Assembly: GCA_043821445.1 (NCBI GenBank)
Contig: JBDRCT010000031.1
Coordinates: 35,620-99,619, forward strand
Direction of reading: 5' to 3'
Length of the DNA: 64,000 nt
Source of the DNA: Candidatus Omnitrophota bacterium
GTDB lineage: Bacteria > Omnitrophota > Omnitrophia > Omnitrophales > Aquincolibacteriaceae
A program made the translations under genes and the position numbers. The number at the start of each line of letters is the position of its first letter. Position 1 is the stretch's first letter. A model generated the notes under the pieces. It saw nothing but the letters and a program-made list of their open reading frames with translations, was not told the DNA's origin and did not search any database. Positions 30,401 through 34,802 of the stretch are shown here, piece by piece.

Positions 30401-31368
30401 GTAAATTTCTTTTTGGCAACGGGTTTAATAGCACAATGGTTCCCGAAGGAACACTAGATACGTTAATTCCGGCCTATAGCAACAACCTATTATTAGATGG
30501 TGTGATCAATTTAATGCAAACGTTAATGGTTTCCTTATACGAAACAACAGAGCTATTCGGAAATATGGGAGAGTGGGCGAGCGACTTCATCTACAGAATG
30601 GACGACAAGGATTTCTTTCAAAGCCTGCTTTCGGGGACCTTTACCGGAGTTCTCCCTGCTCTTTTTATGAACTGGCTCTTTCCCAATAATTTGGTCACGG
30701 AGGTTAGAAATAAACTCTTGGCCCTTGAAGATAGTCAGGGTTGTCTCGAAAAGGGGATCGCGTTCGCTCATTCAGGGTTTTTTGCCCCTCTTCTTGGCGT
30801 TTTAAGTGACACGCGTCCAGATGGCTCAAAATTTGATGTTCAGACTCTCATCAACTATGAAGGTCCTTATGTGGATTACAACGCATACATTGACAATCCT
30901 TATTTGAAACGTATTATCAACGTTTGGGGAACAGCTCCAACAATTTTCCCACCCCTAACAGGGCAGTGGACAGGGAATTACGTCATAGATCCTCGTTCGG
31001 GTGATTTGGTTCGAGAATTGGATCCAACGAAAAAGGATGTGCAGATCAGTGATTTTGGTCCACCGTTTATTGCTCCTGCGAATTTCACGGGGCTGGCGGA
31101 TATTGAGAATATCAATATCGAGATCATTGGAGCCCGGCACAATGACTTTGCGTATGATCCAATCGCTTGGAATATGGATCGCTATCTCCCTGAAGAACGT
31201 GCGAGAAAGATCAATCTCCTGACGAATCAATTTATGCGACAATTATATGGCGCCGTGGCACAAGATCAAGCCGAACCGGGTAAGTTGCTCTTATTCTTGC
31301 GAAACCATCCAAATGCCGAGCAAGACACCGTGACTGGGATTTGGCAAATTGATTTTGGCATAGCATGA
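18439..31368 (+). CDS. Giant secreted YD/RHS-repeat-like polymorphic-toxin-type protein (4309 aa)
   Basis: Uninterrupted 12.9 kb ORF. RBS GGAGA. Signal peptide. Ig-like repeat region (aa ~450-1000). Dozens of YDxxG(R/N)L YD-like repeats. Coiled coil. DUF4214-like YRKILGRDPSEGEIDTWL. C39-like GNHYVVV segment. A ~480-aa Gly-rich hydrophobic region. The last ~100 aa are homologous to the orphan cassette at 32396..32716. Stop overlaps the next gene's ATG (ATGA). Confidence 0.9.
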   Translation: MKRSFSFPLRWVAFCIAMIFGWNQIVWAGEILPRDYIVPSEQPATTTSVSVPVVSTGAMPVQMLTTTDFLANKRGPLSPATKDTSEIIPKAVASPNTARYEYERYDFQDTLDLLRPEFASAVIVKEITAEDLKKLSELSFETGVIVLHGEIVLFTSGSEDEIGMLSAVKMLADQATFISHTHPSIYSAGGPSGGDINEAVAAPGEEYVITHTGVYAYNNEGILNNGDSHGYDWYLEKLKEAVGASKAEQDQIEARKDLNEFVTAQDAYNRAKEDERETFRMGGTLSYASGLKTSNITTLSGSPYPYITTGSSAGTALSYASSTSQFNLSYNVPGASDVSGFTISFDNASTPTMETQNISILTNLVFGLKGPATSIKLEIVDINNAKDTFTLTGISNKTERFWRVPVSAILNTIDKTRITQLNFIMTQANTTSSRRTGVISIRSKGLKTTAPSQPAVTSTVPAATNQTTLLLSGTKEANSAIFINGTQVVARDTSTTWTSTVNLTTEGNNTFNITAKNSIGLVSTAKTVTIQRDTVVPTGSININSGAAYTASVAVTLDLSSTDSGSGISTMSFSMDNVTWTTPETYADSKAFTLPIGDGDKTVYVKYYDKAGNVSAVFSKHIQLRATGPVVVIATGTPSLIKVKTLTINYTVDGVVKEKTFTDLAEGENMLTITEQDEAGNETSVNWAVTLDTIPPAVVVTNAVPSLTNQAALVVDYTADGVVKQKTFTLAEGDNAGLTIREEDAAGNVRMITLSNIVLDTVAPVIVVTSAVPSLTNQAALVVDYTVDGVVKQKTFTLAEGDNAGLTITEEDTAGNAQTITLANVVLDTVAPVIVVTSAVPSLTNQAALVVDYTVDGVVKQKTFMLAEGDNTGLTITEEDAATNSRTVTLSKVMLDTVPPAIMIDPATPHLISVNTFTVSYTVDGVSKLKTFASLVEGENALTVTETDLAGNRTTLTHSVTYTPLTAIAFPVLELRSPQIVTTPNYELIYAVDGTEKRETYALQEGVNLLTIEESSAAGKVIAHYLVVLNVIADPVFPANETELIFNLNGTDAALVDPNFDASGLIQAGWIKSKDRTAYRLSGGLLAEEFRSDGTHIYYDFLGRIHSKIDKNKKITSYQYKINATGNLLSAHIEEGNNRVDLDSNGLILFWKKGDGTEFFFDSGHLTKIKKDVVEYLYQLRQVGSEWISESIDPLPLDSPYPASLHYTSDSVLSRTVMPDGTIYQYDLSGAVTRVVDPAGKETLYDPEKDLFGAFHSFSVTRDGITRIYGEQGKLTQLKDADGTVFTIDQDKVVMIQKQEGALYRDLVYDTTGTLQNALVKLPDGRELLIVGQQLTQIRTVDGTILEIQNDKPARSLTTNGRVYQYRESTDANGNPIFIGDLTEFINDKGNHIFVANGRVSGMEETRGSVLIKTGFAYDNAGRIVEATIDQDGVRTARFVYDYQTSGTIVTNNVGSIRYYDSSGTLMKLITLRGEEYTFSQITDPSGAAGFLQTLIKVVNQLEGTIDYENGKPVRIVRPDSIEMKDIVLNPDDSLLSAVLIYPSGAEGLIEAGELKQIIETDGTKKEYTAGLLRKITRPTFEATNFSYAFDVSGNLTSVIVQDGLGSRTYTTAGILSSAVNPSDDIFTYDALGNLIKVKTSANEEFNYSGQNLSSIKFSTGEMLTGIVLNANGNLSGGTYDPKDGSIWTIAGGAISQIRDASGNNLYYSGGRVTQIVKMNGDRITYNTSGQITQITWADGSCARQITTNSQDALVNAIIYSPSFDSAVLSTTLSGIGSMERPLVNGVLQTPGSQVRTAGKFFDFNGLYWREVNSTALHGTTQNYIRVKMTGSNFTVSFYATNYTNSLFSQQTYQSAAGSPYVYIPLPDLSVKYLYAIEISPKGNATVDITDTPLVFSSGDYQPVAWVNTATAFINQKIVPGFPERITAALSQKTALESASQDFSAAETFSTVKVSDSQFQIESLKNAVLQARLSPDAVISATYNRDTNLLFTAHSDPAFDPAADANGEWKNSVSGWEEDGFDFAPVVTAPSGDVPLKIEYASNGGSQTVSFQNASRAIYQNDRIETLITPEGKTVHYSYAAGSSDVDRVIFDPDQIDPETTEVKYEYGKIREIRKAGALVYLYSYEFDDLGDEITVIEDTVENQIRRFLKGKLISISNLNSGFKTVYDYDGSGRIAKAVTSRSGRIFGAFAYAYSGDDTLITEEATGISRRYGADGFLKELITAKDEFYKYSVLSDGQAEDLLLQELVKIVTSRGTIEYSREKPVEITAADGTVIKNLIVESFVDENHMTRMVIQRAEVHLPAPDGRIALIEKGKVFYISSPGGEIQEFENGFLERLVNAQGEITDLIYTRNASGEIESIGVEDKNGLRIYDRNGQLIRAVLPDTTQIDYDASGQLLRLQTPGGEIWGYSAGSLSSMTLAGGGGKIEQIVLDASGNVQSCVYTKDGIVTTIQNGAVASKKTLDGTLFIYGSSGKVVEILKPAGAGYDRLIYDANGVLTSVERADGSRARQITADAQDTLINAIIYSPLFDGAVLNATLPGIGSKERPLVNGVLQTPGSQVGTANEFFDFNGLYWRSVNSTSLHGANQNYLRIKMMGSNFTVSFYSTNYTNSLFSQQTYQFVVESPYVYIPLSDLSVKYLYAIEISPKGNVAMDITDTPLVFSSGDMPAMDWTGIASGFTDQKDRPAVPSIINETLFKKAAFETQAADQFLLRSPDQLDEGQAQTFYDSALGIVKGALLEPETIIAAAYRASDSTLLMAARANNTVAHYVNGQIDYVTDLDGNLLIDHEYDAAGDLVAVHLMDAKKKLEEQIIAAQTEVSRQETEALMALAVERGHAIEAIQNKLNEGLAAINAERERIRQLSSQRVCRTVLFFKSCENVQVDVSAPLSELDQMEKDLREETAVALAGLDAVVAQKKTEIETDAKAAFVELEKQQLTTYREILKQELRPVLFHHYRKILGRDPSEGEIDTWLKREIGDDHVSLLSFKEAVSARGLNFAGAWVDLDQLKVLSGLSQTGVLASLKDVGFVMVTDVSGGNVTFVQRSLGNRTQELKIELVPWLDANGVPILDTGGNIICVEKYVFVSKNDGFGGEEVTVSEDEFLSRWLKENSLKGAVFTDQPLGTGSVLMTDEEAKAISGLSSWDILVEYFKSAFGIDPERANVPKLIRELSSSEEYSVRLAQVNAIKAAVRDFLDLYLASDEAGRSAKIQSLGLVPEEVISITSPEIETILAWLDSRDLHFGHSAFFAIQHLIEENNVQASLFDIAREAILIDIMTGVIHPLTTGDLELSLFALNRVAKNRGVLLTPAKVTFEELKREVVQGKGVLVHMNGNHYVVVTQIALAARTDENGDPVLDEQGAPVMIEVVTYIEKNVGPSGEAQTLARSEFEKIWMVTAEGEGIVLTPAEVSNNATIMTDRETQQITGAFFGFIFGILKKIFDTVIQVVKAVFEAVKTVLRYVVDLVVDVVRALTDFVLELGKSLVSLGQFFFEAVRFVGAILSGDLNGGFQSLQRALGHFGNFLFFAAAVGGFLVPGLAPLQVIGFQVLSVALSKGTGVVLDKIGIKSPVIKNLIGSFITGGVFGFAGGQIGSGTTFLNSALANLAMSGVNELALHIGLSPPIAANLGILASIITGSVEGGASLPEAFKTVAPDLIKELTLSGVWALGTSLGIDPRLTSLISLPLGAGIGVGFDSLLHASTINFASLTAAIKNGLAAGAKSIGFDFGGATSHPIFGSLLSGNILSSIGSAMGDGSLFSGILDILKTAVLIPFNAANDMVQMTLQGVRNFDSLIQEKGLAGALESLLTSIFSRQTIEKLLGSGGIGGFVGSVAKIPATLNGQSVLEQKFDGTTSLFYDLAGNFIGKKENGVTQLGAFGFDVAGKWALLAGQVFAPLAGGLAFAGEVADGQLRNGKVYDPNGILVGTLDPEKDGEFIEIDGRDPQNPDSNSSGKFWSGIFNLATLGLQFFFQDGVLRKIESSVSSNADVSNLFKSKFLFGNGFNSTMVPEGTLDTLIPAYSNNLLLDGVINLMQTLMVSLYETTELFGNMGEWASDFIYRMDDKDFFQSLLSGTFTGVLPALFMNWLFPNNLVTEVRNKLLALEDSQGCLEKGIAFAHSGFFAPLLGVLSDTRPDGSKFDVQTLINYEGPYVDYNAYIDNPYLKRIINVWGTAPTIFPPLTGQWTGNYVIDPRSGDLVRELDPTKKDVQISDFGPPFIAPANFTGLADIENINIEIIGARHNDFAYDPIAWNMDRYLPEERARKINLLTNQFMRQLYGAVAQDQAEPGKLLLFLRNHPNAEQDTVTGIWQIDFGIA
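20519..21150 (+). repeat. Tandem 210-nt (70-aa) near-identical coding repeats within the giant gene
   Basis: Three almost identical copies (VAPVIVVTSAVPSLTNQAALVVDYTVDGVVKQKTFTLAEGDNAGLTITEED...) plus more divergent flanking copies from ~20320 to ~21540. Confidence 0.85.
23641..24140 (+). repeat. Internal ~500-nt segmental duplication in the giant gene (copy 1)
   Basis: ITWADGSCARQITTNSQDALVNAIIYSP...SVKYLYAIEISPKGN...PLVFSSGD is repeated at 25936..26435 (about 80% nt identity). Confidence 0.85.
25936..26435 (+). repeat. Internal ~500-nt segmental duplication in the giant gene (copy 2)
   Basis: VERADGSRARQITADAQDTLINAIIYSP...SVKYLYAIEISPKGN...PLVFSSGD. Confidence 0.85.
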
Positions 31369-31874
31369 AAAAAACATTTATTGTTTCCATGATTTTAATA
31401 GTCTTGGGGCTTACTGTCGCAATGCTATTTTTTCAAAAAGAAAATTCAGGATCGAGCGTTCAACCCATAGGTGAAAAAGGGATTTCTGTAGGAAGTCGAA
31501 GCGGAGCGTTTATTTCTATGGACGCAAAGCAAAAACCGCATCCTGAAACTCTAAAAGAGGTAGAGGACTATAAACGTGATATTAAAGCAATTGATGATGC
31601 GTGGGCCAATATTAGGACTGGGAGTTCTTACTTTAAGAATGGTGACTATGCAAAGGCCGCAGAAGCATATGAAAAGGCTTATGTAATCGGCGGTGGGATA
31701 AAGCATGTGAGTGGTTTTGATTTAGCTGACGTATATGAAAAGCTTGGTCGTTATGATGATGCCGTAACAGTTTTGGACAATATGATTAAAAATCGAGAAA
31801 CGAATGAGTATGGTATTCAGAAAGCCAGCGAAATTCGCACCTGCCTCCTTGCCGCTAAAGCCAAACAGCAATAG
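31365..31874 (+). CDS. Candidate immunity protein (TM + TPR-like, 169 aa) coupled to the giant gene
   Basis: ATG overlaps the giant-gene stop (gcATGAaa). N-terminal TM helix. TPR-like YFKNGDYAKAAEAYEKAY. Conserved tail FDLADVYEKLGRYDDA..NEYGIQKA..IR. Paralog at 32716. Confidence 0.6.
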   Translation: MKKTFIVSMILIVLGLTVAMLFFQKENSGSSVQPIGEKGISVGSRSGAFISMDAKQKPHPETLKEVEDYKRDIKAIDDAWANIRTGSSYFKNGDYAKAAEAYEKAYVIGGGIKHVSGFDLADVYEKLGRYDDAVTVLDNMIKNRETNEYGIQKASEIRTCLLAAKAKQQ

Positions 31875-31925
31875 ACTTAAAGTTTAGAACTTTTCTTCCA
31901 GAAATTTCCTCTACGGAAACCGGAC

Positions 31926-31988
31926 ATCCGGTTCCGGGAATCGCTCAAGGAAACCGCGGTTGAGGCGGGCATCACGATCCCATGGTAA
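31926..31988 (+). pseudogene. Displaced 3'-end fragment of the 36238..37164 gene family
   Basis: CCGGTTCCGGGAATCGCTCAAGGAAACCGCGGTTGAGGCGGGCATCACGATCCCATGGTAA is near-identical to 37105..37164 (...RFRESLKETAVEAGLTIPW*). No upstream gene body. Confidence 0.7.
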
Positions 31989-32236
31989 TCCCTATGAATC
32001 CATTATGGCTGGCTGGCATAGCGGTCTTGGTTTTGAATCTTCCCTTCGGATTTTGGCGCGTCCACGTCCGGAAATTTTCACCCTCCTGGTTCCTGGCGGT
32101 CCATCTTCCCGTCCCGTTCGTGATCGCGATCCGCTTCCTCATGCGGCTTGGCTTTCATCCCGTCACGTATCCGGTCCTTGTGGGCGCGTTTTTTACGGGG
32201 CAATTCCTTGGCGGTAAGATCGCAAAATCGAAGTAG
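31982..32236 (+). CDS. Small hydrophobic membrane protein (84 aa)
   Basis: Two to three predicted TM helices. Lies between the two displaced gene-end fragments. ATG at 31982 or 31994. Confidence 0.4.
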   Translation: MVIPMNPLWLAGIAVLVLNLPFGFWRVHVRKFSPSWFLAVHLPVPFVIAIRFLMRLGFHPVTYPVLVGAFFTGQFLGGKIAKSK

Positions 32237-32238
32237 GG

Positions 32239-32390
32239 ATCCCGCAGTTATGTCTGTCCCCCCAAAAGGGACTGCCACAGGTTCTTGTCGGTGCCGGTGG
32301 GGACGAGCGTCGGACCTTGGAGGAACAGGATCTCCTGGCTTCCCGGCGGCGTGGCCGCGGTGCACCGAATGACGGGAACGCTTACGGAGA
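32239..32390 (-). pseudogene. Displaced 3'-end fragment of the 37188..38420 (-) gene family
   Basis: About 85% nt identity to 37188..37335. Encodes the conserved C-terminal tail ...SVPVIRC(T/I)A(A/S)TPPGSQEILFLQGP(T/M)LVP(T/A)GTD(K/Q)N(L/M)WQS(L/P)LGGQT. Homology ends abruptly at ~32390. Confidence 0.7.
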
Positions 32391-32719
32391 ATGGAGATTT
32401 TGGTCCGCCGACCTGGACTTTTGATGATGCTAACTTTACAGGCCCAGCAGGAATTGAAAATATTAATATCGAGATCATTGGGGCCAGACATAATGATTTT
32501 TCCTATGATCCTGCCGCTTGGAATTCGAATCCCTATGAACCGGAAGCAGAAGCGCAGGAAATTAATCGGAAAACGAATTTATTTATGAGAGATTTATACA
32601 AATTTGCTCTTCAGGATCAAACCAATGCGGGTGTTTTATCGAATTTTCCGAGAACCGAATCTGTCGTGAGTTATAACTCATCTAGAAATATTTGGGTCGT
32701 AGATTTTGGTGATGTATGA
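32285..32719 (+). CDS. Orphan toxin C-terminal-domain cassette (homolog of the giant protein C-terminus)
   Basis: From ~32396 (DFGPPTWTFDDANFTGPAGIENINIEIIGARHNDFSYDPAAWN...) it is about 50% identical to giant aa ~4195-4309. The upstream part of the ORF (32285..32395) is antisense to the displaced fragment, so an independent start is doubtful. Stop overlaps the next ATG (ATGA). Confidence 0.55.
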   Translation: MSVPVGTSVGPWRNRISWLPGGVAAVHRMTGTLTENGDFGPPTWTFDDANFTGPAGIENINIEIIGARHNDFSYDPAAWNSNPYEPEAEAQEINRKTNLFMRDLYKFALQDQTNAGVLSNFPRTESVVSYNSSRNIWVVDFGDV

Positions 32720-33225
32720 AAAATAGAACGCTTTTCATTCTGGGCTTTATTTTTACTATTCTGATGCTCGTTATTTTCTTATTTCGGCAAACGAATACAT
32801 TCCAATCTAAGCTTGAAATCTGGCCGATGGGAGACGGTAAGGGGATTTTCGTTGGAGAAAGTAAATCCCGATATATGGAACGTAATTCCCAAGGCCAATC
32901 TGAAGAGATAAGGAAAAGAATAGAGCAACATGAGGTTGATGTCGGTGCCATTGAGGAAGCACATCGATACAGGATGCAGGCCTATGGTTTTATTAAAAAT
33001 GGCCAGTTGAAGGAGGCTGCCGTAGCGTTTGAGAAAGCATATGCGGCAAAAAGGCATGCTGTCACAGTTTTTGATTTAGCTGACGTATATGAAAAGCTCG
33101 GTCGTTATGATGACGCTATCACTATTTTAGATAATATGGTTCTAAGTAAAGAAACCAATGAATACGGGATCCAAAAAGCCGTTGAAATTCGTGCCCGTCT
33201 CCTAGCTGCCAAAGCCAAACCGTAA
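32716..33225 (+). CDS. Candidate immunity protein paralog (169 aa) of 31365..31874
   Basis: Same length, N-terminal TM helix and conserved tail (VFDLADVYEKLGRYDDAITILDNMV..ETNEYGIQKAVEIRARLLAAKAK). ATGA coupling to the orphan toxin domain. Confidence 0.6.
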   Translation: MKNRTLFILGFIFTILMLVIFLFRQTNTFQSKLEIWPMGDGKGIFVGESKSRYMERNSQGQSEEIRKRIEQHEVDVGAIEEAHRYRMQAYGFIKNGQLKEAAVAFEKAYAAKRHAVTVFDLADVYEKLGRYDDAITILDNMVLSKETNEYGIQKAVEIRARLLAAKAKP

Positions 33226-33432
33226 AAAAACGGCATCGTTCTATTTTGATCCAATCAGAGGGACAAATTTTGAAAGCATATTGAAAAAAAGGGGTCACAC
33301 CTGGGGCGGAGGCGTTACTGTGGGTGTCAGGCAGGCTTATATTTCCCGGCTAGAGTCAGGAGAGGTCAAGCCAACGCAGGAGCAGATAGAGGTTATTCAG
33401 ACGTTTCTTGATTAGCAACGGAGTGCCAGACG

Positions 33433-33543
33433 ATGAGATATAAAAAATTATCCGATCTGCAACGGGACATTGAAACGTTTGACGGAAAATGGGAGCTGTC
33501 GCCTTGCGTGGTATACTTACCTCAGAAAAAAGATCAGCAATGA
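33433..33543 (+). pseudogene. Truncated 5' fragment of a 36238-family paralog
   Basis: 33356..33505 is about 85% identical to 36160..36310. MRYKKLSDLQRDIETFDGKWELSP matches MRCRKLADLQKDIETFDGKWELSP, then diverges and stops after 36 codons. Confidence 0.65.
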
Positions 33544-33550
33544 GGTGCTT

Positions 33551-34096
33551 ATGACAGCCGTTAACATAGAAAAAGAGATCGAGAAGCATTTTTTCCCGGA
33601 CCCGATTCCTTCCTATGGCCCCCCTAAATTCATTATTTTTACGGGATGTGTCGGATCGGGAAAAACGACCGAGCGGCGGAAGCATTTCTCCCAAAGCTAT
33701 GTCACGGTCGATGCCGGCGAGATCTTCTGCTCGCTGACGAAAGGCGGTCACGGCGCTTTCGGCAAAGACTATTTTTATGAAATGAACACCATCGGCTTCA
33801 GGGTCCTGGAGCGCGCCGTCACGGAAAAACGGAATATTGTCATGGAGATCGTAGGCGCGGAGCCTGAGATACTGAAGGGCTTCGACGACATTATTTCGAG
33901 CTTCGGATATAAAGTTGATTTTCAGGCTGTGAATTGTGAACCCGCAGAAGCGTATGAACGCCACGTGAATGCCGGCATCAATGATCCCTCGTATATTTCC
34001 GCCCATCATACCGAACCTTATCATCAGAAATGGGTTGCTGACCTGTGGGATAAAATGACAGGTCAAAAAGAAGATGATGCGCGGCAAAACAACTGA
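33551..34096 (+). CDS. P-loop NTPase, zeta-toxin/AAA_33-like kinase
   Basis: Walker A motif FTGCVGSGKTT and Walker B-like NIVMEIVGAE. Size and layout fit small zeta-toxin-type kinases. ATG at 33551 (MTAVNIEKE). Confidence 0.5.
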   Translation: MTAVNIEKEIEKHFFPDPIPSYGPPKFIIFTGCVGSGKTTERRKHFSQSYVTVDAGEIFCSLTKGGHGAFGKDYFYEMNTIGFRVLERAVTEKRNIVMEIVGAEPEILKGFDDIISSFGYKVDFQAVNCEPAEAYERHVNAGINDPSYISAHHTEPYHQKWVADLWDKMTGQKEDDARQNN

Positions 34097-34232
34097 GCTA
34101 ATGTCGCTATTCATCTGAAAAATGACATGAGAGGGCAGTTAAGCAGATCCTAAGCAACCTCCCCCAATTTCCCTAAGCCAAACACCCCACTAAGGTGTAT
34201 ACAGATCACAAAGTTGGTGCAAGGCATCTCCC

Positions 34233-34802
34233 GTGCAAGCTATAATCGCCATCATGAGAAGGTTTTTCCTTGCTCTTGCGATATTCTTTTTATTTCCTAC
34301 CCTCGTGTTTTCTGCTGATCCTATCAGTACGTCTCATGTCTATTTCTCTCCGAAGGGTGGCTGCACCAAAGCCATGACGGATGCCATAGGACAAGCCAAG
34401 CAACCGGTCTTGGTTCAGGCATACTCTTTTACTTCATACCCCATAGCTCAGGCTCTCATTGAGGCCGGGAAGAGAGGCGTTAAGGTCGAAGCCATTGTTG
34501 ATGGGAAACAGATCCATGAGAAGAAAACAAAGTGAGGGTTGGTGGCCAAGGGGGGAGTGATCACTTATCTGGACCATGCTCATTCGACCGCCCATAACAA
34601 GGTGATGATGATTGATGGCAAGACCATTATGACTGGCTCTTTCAACTTTACAAATGCTGCTCAAGAACGTAATGCGGAGGATGTGTTGATTTTGGATGCT
34701 CCGGCTTTGGCGACTGAATATACGAAAAACTGGAAAATACATCAAAAGCGCTCAGAACTTTATAAGATTGAGAACAGGCGGAGTTGTGGGGATGAGCATT
34801 AA
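34233..34802 (+). pseudogene. Phospholipase D-family (Nuc-like) nuclease interrupted by an in-frame TGA
   Basis: Signal peptide. Nuc-like N-terminus (VLVQAYSFTSYPIAQALIEAGKRGVKV). In-frame TGA at 34533..34535. Same frame continues with the HKD motif HNKVMMIDGKTIMTGSFNFTNAAQERN. Confidence 0.6.

Noticed and set aside
31880-33550. IS element or transposase responsible for the duplicated gene-end fragments
   Set aside because: No transposase or integrase-like ORF and no terminal inverted repeats bounding the segment. The pattern fits homologous recombination between paralogs better.
34533-34535. Possibility that TGA is a sense codon (alternative genetic code, as in some candidate phyla)
   Set aside because: TGA terminates many well-supported genes here (hrcA, the giant gene via ATGA overlap, GT2 and others), so the in-frame TGA in the PLD nuclease is better explained as a nonsense mutation or error.
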